This document shows positions 24,601 through 31,924 of a stretch of 64,000 nucleotides of DNA, piece by piece (the stretch's first letter is position 1; every line of letters starts with the position of its first letter). The notes below the pieces were generated by a model. That model saw only the letters and a list, made by a program, of their open reading frames with translations, did not search any database and was not told the DNA's origin. Origin of the DNA: Balanoglossus misakiensis (taxonomy: Eukaryota; Animalia; Hemichordata); assembly GCA_040954595.2 (NCBI GenBank), contig CM082578.2:1532831-1596830 (forward strand), in the 5' to 3' direction. The position numbers and the translations under genes are program-made.

Positions 24601-27600
24601 ATGATTACAAAATTAAAAATATTCACGGGGCCTTGATCGATACAAAATGGCGGCTATTCCTTACGAAAATTTACAAAGGCCAGAAGGTCAAAGTCCACCT
24701 CCCCCTCTCAAAGTTCTCGTAGTTAAATCTGTATTCCGCTAATAGCAGAAATTATAGATGACTTTTCAAAGCCTTCAATGATGGCACCACGATCATTTCA
24801 TAGTTTATCAAATGCTGATAAAAGCCAGTTCGAATGAAGCGGTTTCAGTGTCGACAAACGGAGATCCACTGCTACTGCACTTACATCAACGCCGTTGTCA
24901 AGGGCCTCTGCTACTTTGCGCGCATACCAGTTGTGGAATTCGTGTCCCAATGCTTCCTTGAACTTTGCGTTGAAGGACAGGTCCAGAGGCTGCAATTCTG
25001 AAGTACAGTTCGCAGGGACAAACACAGCATTGATTCCCGAGTCACGGAGTTTCGCGAGACGTAGACGCTTAGCCTTATCACCGTTTTAACGCAATCTGAT
25101 CGATTTCCTGTAAACGCAAACTTAAAACGCCGTAGAGTGCTACCTTGTTGCAAAATCGCAAAAATTTGTGATCGCAAAAATAAAACGGTATACAGTATAA
25201 TCAGGTTGCACATGCACATTCAGAAAATTCTCCAAAGAGAGAGAGTTGTGAGAGGGGGTATTCCAGCATTGAGACAATTTTCTTTTAGTTATAAATGAAA
25301 AGAGAAATATGAGTAATGCAAATTCTTGCTTTACAGTATGTCAAGGTTGTGATTACAGGTAGATAATTTGTTAACATCATATCTGCTTACCCCAATATAA
25401 AGCTCCAGTACATTTGAGCTATTTTCTTAATATTTTGTTCTGGGTAAGCAGCTGTAACTTTCCTGATTGGCTAAGCGGTTTCGCAGTCTAAGTCAATACA
25501 TCGTTCGCTAGATTGAAAATTGCATCTTTAACAAAATTTGTTTGTTTGTATTGTTCTACTGCAGCTCCTGGGAAGACTCAACGTGGAGTGAATTGTGGCG
25601 TGTCATACAATTCACAGGCTGGTACATGTAACAATGGTGTCATCCAGCAATTGAGGATCAGTTTTATGAACACTATCAACTATCTGAATGATTTGTTTGG
25701 TATTTGTGGCGGTGAATGCAACTTTGTTGACCTTGAAATAACCTGCGGCGCCTCAAACCGAAGAAAGAGACAGGCTGATACTCAGCTTGTGGTTCAGTTC
25801 AGTTTCACAACCAATGCGTGAGTAGTAATTGTTATTTTTCGAGTATTTTATTCCCCTTCTGTTCTATTGAAATGACTTTGGTGACATGTCTAGGGTACTG
25901 ATCCCAGGCTGTGTGAGGACCAGCTCTGTATTCCCTATACAGCTGGTGTTTGCATTATTGCAAAATATTCCATTCATGCAAGTGAAAACAAATTATTTTG
26001 TGTCTTAACACTCAAACATTTTCAGTTTTTGGCAACCCCATCATTTCTGCCCACCTTCCTTCATGTTGCGGCATCCTGTATTCTAAAGATTCATGCATTC
26101 GAAATATACTGCAAAACATGTTATTTTCGCGAGCAGTAAATTTCTGCAAAACATGCGCTGGTCAAAAAAACGTTAAAATAAAAAGTTGTGTAAAATGTTT
26201 TTGGAGATAATGATGCAGTTAGTGAAATACGAGAACTCGAAAATTCGTCCTCACGTAACAGTCGCCTCTTTTAATATCGCGAACATTTCCTGTCGTGAAA
26301 ACAACCCAGTTTACAGTACACACTTCTGGTTGGTATTGTAATGTGGCATATGTAAGAATTTTTTGCCTGTTGTTTTATCCATTAGCTCTGCTGATGCTGC
26401 AGCTGTAGTTATTGAAGATGCAGTCAAGAATGGTACTTTTGATACAGCTGAATATTCAGTCGACGCTGAGACATTACAAGTTGAAAGTACAATATTCTGT
26501 TCCAATGGTAGTGTTCTTGTTGGAGAAGAATGTGGTGAGTGCCTATTCTCCTCAGTTATTATGTACTTTAACCCTTTCACTCCCAGTTTCCTCTATAGAG
26601 GTCAAACCTTACCATAGAAAACAATTGGTTTGGACTGAACCATGGTGGTGAAAGGATTAAAACTGTGTCCAAAATTAATATTATAAAAAGGTGTAGATGT
26701 TAATATGTTTATATCGCCTGATATGACCTGTTAGGTGGGCCGTATTGCTGCGAGTGTGGTTGTGAGTCGCAGTGTACAAATCAAAGACAAGTGTGAGTGG
26801 TAAATACAACCCAACCAAGAGGTGATATAAGGAAATAATTGATTTGATATGCTCATACCAAGGAGGGACAAAGTCTCTTTTGCTGCCCTTTTTCCATTAA
26901 TTATGTTTGATAGAAGACACAGTTAATGTTATTCTACATGTGGATATATAGTGAATCAACATTCAACCACACACAACTGCCATCCCACTTGTAGACACAA
27001 GAGTGAAAAACTGGCCAAAATGAATGCTGTGTGTTACAATTGTAGTTGTGTTTTAAACCATTAATGCATAATGATCAGTACATGAACAATGTATACATCT
27101 GCCTTCAACATTTTGTATTTCCACAGTATTGTGTCCTGAAGGGTCGTACCATGACACTGAGCTGAGTCAGTGCCATCCTTGTGCAATTGGATATTATCAA
27201 CCCCTTGAAGGACAAACAGCATGCAATGCCTGTCCAAATAATGGAGTCACCAGGGGAAAGAGATCATTATCCATCTTGCAGTGTTTTGGTATGTATAACA
27301 GAAGGCAATATCTCCTCCTCGTCCACAGCCATAGCCTAGTATCTAGCCGTATTTTGTCCGCTTTGCTTCCAAAACTAGCGTCTAGCCTCACTCATGCCAC
27401 TGGCCCGATAAAACCCCATACCCCTTGCCGGGAATTGTGACGTATATATCAAATTATTGTGGTGTGATCCAATATGGAAAGAATGACAATTGGAATGTTC
27501 ATCTCTTTGGTTGAAAAAATAATTTTTCAACAATGATGTCTATTGCAGAGAGGTGCGATGTTGGTCACTACTTTGACAACGGGACTTCTCAGTGCCAAAG

Positions 27601-30526
27601 CTGCCCTATTGGATTCTGGCAATCAGAAGAAGGAAAGTTTGTGTGTAATACTTGCCCAAAGGGAATGCTTACATTAGTTGAAGGAGCTACTGATGAGTCA
27701 CAATGTCAGGGTAGGTACTTGTGTTATTTGCTATTCTTGACTATCAATCACATGATCTGGCCATGTGACGTACCCATGGCGTTATCATTTGTAAGTGACA
27801 GGCAAGCAATATTTCGGCATCCAGTAAACTTTTTTCCGAGTAGGTTTTTACTTTAGAACCGCCAGATATGTAACATATTCAACAGTTTAACAAATTCACG
27901 TGAGTGAAAAGCAGATAATCGTGAATATCAAAAAAATTAATCTTCTCAATTACAGAGGTATGTAAATCAGTGGGAGTCCAACTTAGTGTCAATGGGTCTT
28001 GTGAGTCGTGTCCCATGGGAACCTATCGATCAAATGCTGAACTTCAGCCATCTTGTATGCCGTGCCCATTTGGCTTCACCACAAGAACAGTCGGTTCAAC
28101 CTTAAGTGAAGATTGTAATGTTCGTAAGTATTATGTATACAACTTTTCATGTTGTATCTCAACTGTACTGAACTGAAGGTTGTATTATTGTGCCTCAGTT
28201 GTTCAGAATAATGATAGTCCTCCAATTTTATTCTATGCTATTTTTCCATTCCATCAACAGCTTACTGCAATGTTGGTTGGTACTTGAATCAGGAGTCCTA
28301 TAGATGTGAGAAATGCCCTGTTGGAACATATAACTTTGAATTCAACCAGGATGCTTGTCAACCATGCCCAACTGGCTACACTACAGGCAGAGAGGGTGCC
28401 CTATATGAAACAGAATGTGTTGGTAGGAATAATTTTTCATAATCATAGAACTGATAACATGCATGAAGTGCTTGTGGAGATCAACCTTAACTGTTCAATC
28501 TGACACAAACACTTCATTATAAGAAATTTTCTTCTTTATTTAGAGTATCATTTGATATGTTGTGTGATCCAATATTTTTATATAATTTAATAATGCTCCT
28601 ATTTTAACACCTTTTCTGAAAATTTCACGGAAATAACAATATCGTAATACTGTTTTCTCAGAATTCTACATGTTAGGCTATGGAATGTGATAACCATGCA
28701 CTGCATCTGGGTAGTCATCTAACTTAAAGGTATACAGTCACCTCCAATTTACAAACGCCCATATATGGCTGAAATGGAGTATATGAGAGTTCTAAAGAAC
28801 ATATGGTGGCGCTCTTTTTTGCATGTGCCACCCACTGAAAATCTGTGATTGGCTAGATCTCCTTTTGCCATGGTAACTATAGCTAATTTTCCATAGGTGA
28901 CCGTATACCTTTAACTGGTGATATGTATGAAGATCCCATAGTTTTATTTGGTGGTCAGTTAAAGACATTGCAAGAATTTTTGTTTTCTAGATGCACATGA
29001 ATGTCGTCTTGGTCTGGATGACTGTCACCCAAATGCCACTTGCAGGAATCTTGTACCAGGATATGAATGCACTTGCAAAACTGGTTTCACTGGTGATGGA
29101 ATAACTTGTACAGGTATGTAACTATCTACAACTGAAATGTCAACAGAAATATGTACAGCTAAAACGTAGACACTACTGTTGATTTTATGCTCTTAAAGGG
29201 ACAAAGTATCTCTCTTGCTGCCCTTTTTCCATTAATTATGTTTGATACAAGACACTGTTTATGTTATTCACCCGGTACATGTGGATATATAGTGAATCAA
29301 CGTTCGACAGCACACAACTTCCATTCCGTTTGTAAGAAATGAATCTACAAGTGGGTTTAGTTCTTGTCTAATACAAATGGTTCGTCAGGTAGAATAATGT
29401 GATGTGATTTTATTCTTGTGTCTAGACAAATGTGAAGGGTTCTGCTCAAACAATGCTGTTTGCATCAAGGACAGTGATGGCAATCCTGTTTGTGAATGTA
29501 CTGATGAATATCAAGGTGAAACTTGCCGCCAGAGAATACCAATGCAAGTTAAAGGTGTGTATACATTTCTTTGTCTTTTAATAACTCAAGATTAAAAAAC
29601 AATATTCACTAAAGTTTACACATTTGTTTGATCTACATGATTACAGTTTACGTTGTCTTGAAAATATTTGTGAAAATGGTGAAACTGCAACATCTGCAGT
29701 ATAACTAGATTTTTGGTCAACTAACCATTTTACAATAGTTAAGCATCATAATGAATGGTTTTCTTGCTTTTATCATAGCATATCGCCCCTGTGACAAATA
29801 GAAATATTTAAACTCTTACAGATTCCTCCGTTGACACAGCTGTCATCATTGGTGGTGTTGCGGGAGGTTTAGCGGCTGTGTTAGTGCTTGGTGTAATAAT
29901 GTTACTCATGTACCAACGGTAAGTTATTTAGTATTACCAGAGTAGAATCGAGACAGCTGTAGAAATGTTGCCCATCAGAAAACTGGGAATTAACCTGTAT
30001 CTTTCCATACATGCATGAGGCAACGTGAAAAATAATCTCATCTGTATCGTGGAAGCAAATTTATTCAAAGAGTTCATGCATAGACCTATTCGCGTATAGG
30101 GTAACTGCAGTGCATCATGGTATAATTTGCGTTCAACATGCATGGCGGCTAACAAGGCAAAGTCACGCGACCAGACCGCAAAGTGTCCAACAACCACCTG
30201 CGTTATTCTACAGTAGTAACCACATCACAACAAATCCCACATTGATGATGTTCAACTATTTGACATTCAGGTGTGCTCTTGGAGGAAAGAAACATCCGGG
30301 CTGGGAAGAACAAGAGGCAACTATGGATATCCATTGGTTTGATGATACAGATGATGTTGATAGCAAGGCAGGGGAAAGTGTGGAAGATGAGGAAGCCTTC
30401 AGAGAAATCTATCACTACAATCCCATGTATAGTGGCGACAGTGGTAGTGCCAGTGGAAGTGAGGAATGGAGACCAAGGCCTCTTAAGAGTAGAAATGAAC
30501 TATTTCATGAGAGTCACGGAGACTGA
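488..30526 (+). CDS. Multi-exon Uninflatable/SVEP1-like type I membrane protein gene (5'-partial; possibly a damaged allele or pseudogene) with mucin stalks and an expansin-like module
   Basis: About 35 GT-AG bounded exons, mostly phase 1-1, giving CUB-4xsushi-2xEGF-sushi repeats-mucin-expansin-mucin-SEA-like-HYR-sushi-SEA-like-HYR-sushi-SEA-like-4x ephrin-rec-like-2xEGF-TM-tail. The EGF insert YANNGTGGFYLPPGETG..DVYTFNQSCV and the sushi CPEWSL...W.P.NYVPDCV resemble Uninflatable-family motifs as I recall them. Confidence 0.85.
848..1699. mobile_element. Non-autonomous hairpin-ended element (Crypton-like architecture)
   Basis: ~130-bp terminal palindrome 848-980, then ttatcatatgcct (978-990) pairing with aggcatatgataa (1684-1696); contains a short retroposon tail (aataaa + att repeats) near 1590-1683. 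Confidence 0.55.
1791..1962 (+). CDS. Exon: sushi/CCP domain, frameshifted
   Basis: DCPEIVIGEG..SFQCLDGYQKVSGTVSSL, then SGNWNEEDPLKLPACQ in another frame; 172 nt is not a multiple of 3 and the third Cys is missing. Confidence 0.75.
2585..2912. mobile_element. Kolobok-like MITE (TTAA-type flanks, agggacaaa ends)
   Basis: ttaa-agggacaaagtc...ttgtccct-tgaa; further copies near 8680-8810, 19655-19965, 26865-27020, 29192-29335. Confidence 0.65.
2968..3147 (+). CDS. Exon: sushi/CCP domain
   Basis: ITCGGPPECSNG..YYQCIEGHQF..LECQADGVWGPLVPQCE; tttag| and |gtaagt; not in the ORF track. Confidence 0.9.
3600..3782 (+). CDS. Exon: sushi/CCP domain
   Basis: RECPPP..YSCPSGYSLTG..TCGEDGSWIGDPGYCQ; canonical splice sites. 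Confidence 0.9.
4112..4294 (+). CDS. Exon: sushi/CCP domain
   Basis: LNCSD..TFYCDAGYELNGADYLTCQSDLQWNDAIPSCI. Confidence 0.9.
4341..4650. mobile_element. PIF/Harbinger-like MITE
   Basis: tta-ggccaaaaaa..gaaatgtttctggtcag ... ctgaccagaaacatttca..ttttggcc-tga; 3-bp TWA-like flanks. Confidence 0.65.
5112..5240 (+). CDS. Exon: calcium-binding EGF domain
   Basis: DINECSTLVAPCGINQVCENRDGDYQCACLVGFEPDVNGTACK. Confidence 0.92.
5368..6945 (+). mobile_element. Degenerate, internally deleted piggyBac transposon
   Basis: TTAA-ccct...aggg-TTAA ends; broken transposase motifs MSRYKKL..F/HVNNN (~6210-6260), FKIRPLLE (~6300) and LSIDQA..FK..MPVKP.EW (~6370-6450). Confidence 0.85.
7283..7468 (+). CDS. Exon: Ca-EGF domain with Uif-type insert
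   Basis: DINECASHSFDQLCENTAGGFQCSCEEGYLLYANNGTGGFYLPPGETGLSMYDVYTFNQSCV; the second Cys is replaced by Phe. Confidence 0.88.
7498..7684. mobile_element. Kolobok-like MITE (TTAA TSD)
   Basis: ttaa-aggtata..tcacc...ggtgactgtatacct-ttaa; inverted copy at 28728-28910. Confidence 0.72.
8387..8605 (+). CDS. Exon: sushi/CCP domain
   Basis: VTCIVP..FNSTITFYCLEGFQLNGQSTLLCTVEGQYDADFPTCT. Confidence 0.88.
8874..9068 (+). CDS. Exon: sushi/CCP domain
   Basis: AVCSEPESIDHGSY..YQSEVTYSCDIGYNLYGSHVRVC..WNSSPPVCQ. Confidence 0.9.
9136..9334. mobile_element. Penelope-like pseudo-LTR remnant forming an inverted repeat
   Basis: ~60-bp arms 9136-9194 and 9245-9304 flank a hammerhead core; layout is typical of Penelope/Neptune pLTR remnants. 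Confidence 0.65.
9187..9227 (-). ncRNA. Minimal type I hammerhead ribozyme motif
   Basis: Minus strand GCAU-CUGAAGA-aGGGG acuacaugu UCCC-GAAA-GC-UC-AUGC: stem I GCAU/AUGC, conserved core, stem II, palindromic AGCU stem III, CUC cleavage triplet. Confidence 0.72.
9443..9625 (+). CDS. Exon: sushi/CCP domain
   Basis: VDCGLLTAIEDG..ATLQCNMAYEALGNTRRYCTEDGTWNGTRPRCV. Confidence 0.9.
10042..10221 (+). CDS. Exon: N-terminal three-quarters of a sushi domain running into a Thr-rich linker
   Basis: [32 protein letters not shown]..LMCEG then VVTVLPTTPSTTTT; no W..P.C end in this exon. Confidence 0.88.
10431..10730 (+). CDS. Exon: Thr-rich mucin-like stalk with 12-aa (36-bp) repeats
   Basis: ETETVTDMSTAE...VTTTAKVHTDD/VATTATKVHTDD/LVTTTARVHTD; catag| and |gtacgt; phase 1-1. 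Confidence 0.8.
11332..11490 (+). CDS. Exon: Ser/Thr-rich mucin-like stalk
   Basis: YEAPSTQAITVTERKPTT..TTKPVTPSHDVST; phase 1-1. Confidence 0.78.
12185..12327 (+). CDS. Exon: expansin-like module part 1 (start of DPBB domain 1)
   Basis: VSRDCGTFETFVNTSCEKYIETPTDGTCSFGTFYTSMVAGMANFQDSH; GTCSFG matches the expansin GxCxF/YG motif; ttttacag| and |gtaagt; phase 1-0. Confidence 0.8.
12595..12813 (+). CDS. Exon: expansin-like module part 2 (DPBB core)
   Basis: VCGQCLNVIGSNDASVVVRVTDMCMYLYCMSDEDGLVLSQDAYNILSDGESPSSLLVSYSVVACTEDVSIKFK matches CGxC..V.V.VTD.C..C...LDLS..AF..V.C; phase 0-0. Confidence 0.85.
13067..13274. mobile_element. Tc1/pogo-type MITE in the intron between expansin exons 2 and 3
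   Basis: tactgtaaaacggg...cccattttacagta. Confidence 0.75.
13375..13711 (+). CDS. Exon: expansin-like module part 3 (CBM63-like domain 2)
   Basis: FSLLILDHRYPVTTVEVHTTGPWITLDRLSDNLF...PLNVKVYSVSGK...TSKQF aligns by eye with EXLX1 RNHKYPVMKMEY..GKWINMEKMDYNHF..LKVRMTDIRGK..QF; phase 0-1. Confidence 0.85.
14259..14870 (+). CDS. Exon: Thr-rich mucin-like stalk
   Basis: 204 open codons rich in T/S/E; duplicated 14-aa unit TTPEKLLTTNKMDA/TTPETLLTTNKMDG; phase 1-1. Confidence 0.82.
15381..15482 (+). CDS. Exon: short PT-rich linker
   Basis: YHDVSTKPTTKPATTLKATTGGLTTLPTPTQLP; tacag| and |gtaaga. Confidence 0.75.
15908..16146 (+). CDS. Exon: first half of a Uif-type SEA-like domain
   Basis: DRDVPDYCAQLSVSYNG..SCGNYY..LTQLLSQ..GAC; similar to the exon at 19269. 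Confidence 0.7.
16652..16913 (+). CDS. Exon: second half of the SEA-like domain plus Cys motif
   Basis: LLMDVGLNLLIEP..LSGCGLQLIF..DNCPELS..FCCPEGYELFQNVRC; phase 0-1. Confidence 0.72.
17383..17481 (+). CDS. Exon: C-terminal end of the split sushi domain
   Basis: AAVEVVRKIRDASEQSSFLTNAKWNGTAPVCI supplies the W..P.C strand missing from exon 10042-10221. Confidence 0.78.
18161..18396 (+). CDS. Exon: HYR domain, 1-nt deletion and defective donor
   Basis: DTMPPTLDCP..VSYP..VVDNHG..VTVT then (A)TDYSGNQAQCQFDVSVQ in a shifted frame; donor reads cagc|taaac. Confidence 0.78.
18640..18855 (+). CDS. Exon: Uif/SVEP1-type sushi domain
   Basis: DTCPEWSLPTPEGGQKTC..GFSCALSCQAGYDF..YTCIIGGTWLPHNYVPDCV. 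Confidence 0.88.
19041..19116. repeat. Short tandem repeat, about 3 x 25 bp
   Basis: ttttataatcagtcaatacctacat repeated three times. Confidence 0.85.
19269..19489 (+). CDS. Exon: first half of a second SEA-like domain
   Basis: EKEVPDYCLTVGGVY..NQCISYYESSL..LLSVLC..; ends in phase 0. Confidence 0.75.
20132..20238. repeat. (CAT/CAC)n microsatellite
   Basis: Direct reading; produces the spurious poly-His and poly-Met/Val ORFs. Confidence 0.95.
20538..20678 (+). CDS. Exon: HYR domain, first half
   Basis: DKHAPEVIYCP..GVWQEPIFTDDVAIANVTQTYTMG. Confidence 0.85.
21383..21478 (+). CDS. Exon: HYR domain, second half
   Basis: GDTFSWGTYQISYVASDTAGNNAQCNFLLYVL. Confidence 0.88.
21883..23707. repeat. 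~285-bp near-identical direct repeats (21883-22167 and 23422-23707) flanking 1.25 kb
   Basis: tcctagtcccttttacatag...cccatacataaactttg present twice with few differences. Confidence 0.9.
22552..22762. mobile_element. MITE with ~35-bp terminal inverted repeats (TIRs) and 8-9-bp TSD
   Basis: caatct.att..atcagatgtaga.ttaggcgc TIRs; flanks atgtgccag / atgtgccaa; internal 21-bp tandem repeat. Confidence 0.7.
23988..24090 (+). CDS. Exon: first half of a sushi domain
   Basis: FDCKKPAPPVKGISICNEFESGVFCHVDCLPGY; phase-2 donor |gtaata; second half not found. Confidence 0.78.
24131..25195 (-). mobile_element. Internally deleted pogo-family DNA transposon
   Basis: Perfect TIR ctgtataccgttttatttttgcga with TA TSD; minus-strand DDE C-terminal fragment VPANCTSELQPLDLSFNAKFK..LKPLHSNWLLSAF (24798-25025). 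Confidence 0.9.
25565..25817 (+). CDS. Exon: SEA-like domain with furin motif RRKR
   Basis: GVSYNSQAGTCNN..GICGGECNFVDLEITCGASNRRKRQADTQLVVQFSF. Confidence 0.82.
26386..26534 (+). CDS. Exon: end of SEA-like domain
   Basis: SADAAAVVIEDAVKNGTF..IFCSNGSVLVGEEC; phase 2-1. Confidence 0.8.
26572..26656. mobile_element. Very short piggyBac-type MITE
   Basis: ttaa-ccctttcac...gtgaaagga-ttaa. Confidence 0.6.
27127..27288 (+). CDS. Exon: ephrin-receptor-like (GCC2/GCC3) Cys repeat 1
   Basis: CPEGSYHD..CHPCAIGYYQPLEGQTACNACP..T.....QC. Confidence 0.9.
27549..27710 (+). CDS. Exon: ephrin-receptor-like Cys repeat 2
   Basis: CDVGHYFD..CQSCPIGFWQSEEGKFVCNTCPKG..GATDESQC. Confidence 0.9.
27956..28123 (+). 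CDS. Exon: ephrin-receptor-like Cys repeat 3
   Basis: CESCPMGTYRS..SCMPCPFGFTTRTVGSTLSEDC. Confidence 0.9.
28261..28422 (+). CDS. Exon: ephrin-receptor-like Cys repeat 4
   Basis: YCNVGWYLN..CEKCPVGTYNFEFNQDACQPCPTGYTTGREGALYETEC. Confidence 0.9.
28728..28910. mobile_element. Kolobok-like MITE, second copy
   Basis: ttaa-aggtatacagtcacc...ggtgaccgtatacct-ttaa; reverse complement of 7498-7684. Confidence 0.72.
28991..29113 (+). CDS. Exon: EGF domain
   Basis: DAHECRLGLDDCHPNATCRNLVPGYECTCKTGFTGDGITCT. Confidence 0.92.
29426..29554 (+). CDS. Exon: juxtamembrane EGF domain
   Basis: DKCEGFCSNNAVCIKDSDGNPVCECTDEYQGETC. Confidence 0.9.
29822..29918 (+). CDS. Exon: transmembrane helix
   Basis: TAVIIGGVAGGLAAVLVLGVIMLLMYQR. 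Confidence 0.9.
30271..30526 (+). CDS. Last exon: acidic cytoplasmic tail with YNPMY (NPxY) motif, TGA stop
   Basis: cattcag| phase-2 acceptor; CALGGKKHPGWEE..EIYHYNPMYSGD..HGD*. Confidence 0.82.
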
Positions 30527-31924
30527 TACTTTTAATGTGCCATCTCTGTGTGTACATGTATGGTATAATTCAAATGATAACTAGAATGGTTTTCATTTTG
30601 TGAGTTGACACAGTACTGTGATAAGCTTGGTATAATCCCATAAATGATAACAATAATAGTTATGCTTTGTCAGACGACAGTACTGTGATAAGCGCACATT
30701 AAATTGGTTGGAGTGAAACAGATCTTTATTATTACACTCTTAGCAACATCTGAATGAAATGATCATAAATAATCATCTTTAAAGTATGTTGGTTATAAGG
30801 CTATATATTTTACATATTTTAAAGAATTTTCCTTAAAAATTTGTTATGACTTATTATAAGGTATAGTGTAATGAGAAAGATATGATAATACGAGAATTCC
30901 TAAACAACAACATATTTGTGTTGAATTTGGAGGACAAATTTAACAGTGTACCAATTCAGCTCTCCCTTTGCATGCTGACTTGCTTCTGTATTCATACAAG
31001 GCAGCATTTATCCTTAACTTGATCAGATAGAAGGTCTTTTCATCCAAATGCATAGATTATGAATTATTTCTCTCAATATATTCAGTGACTACCTCCCGAT
31101 GATATATATCCTCCTGAATTAGTGCTTCAAATTTTGATATTTTTCTTGATATTTTTCTTTAATTTGACTTCAACCGTCACCATTCTCCAAGACTGTAAAA
31201 GAAGGGAGATGATGATTAACTATTATCAATTTTTTTGCCCCTTGTACTGTCTTTTCAACTGGCCGTATAAATCTGATATTTGTTTGGCATGCGAATTTTG
31301 GAATATGGATGTGTATGATCACAATTATAAGATCCTCAAAATAAAAGATCCTATCATTTCATTTGGTTAATAACCAGTTCATAGGTGAATGAAAATATAG
31401 TTACTCACTTTGAGACCTGACATGTATATATAATAATTCAAAGTATTTATTCGCATATTTTTATATTATTCATGGTGTTATAGATCAATGGAAATTTTTC
31501 AAATTAAATTCATGTATATAAAATGTAGCAATGTAATGTCATATGTGAAACCCTTAATCTTGATATTGTAATTCATTGTAGAATATGATTATATTGTGTT
31601 ATTCACTCAACTTGTGCATGTATGTTTAAGATTCATGCAAAATTACTTTTTTATACAAACTGTTCCTTTTTGTGTTGTTCGGAGGTGACAACTCATCAAC
31701 AATGAAATAAGTTTGGGAAATTTTTGAACAAAGTCATGAAGTGGAAGTACTATAAATAAGTTTAATATCTTCTGTAGTTGTTATAATAAGACATCAAACC
31801 AGGTCCAATAATCAATATTACTCAAGCTAAGCTAATTACCAGGTCCAGGTTCAAAAAAGAAATAAGAGAAAAACTTACAATTTCAACAGGATCATCTTGA
31901 ACCACTGCTAAGTGGTAGTACTCG

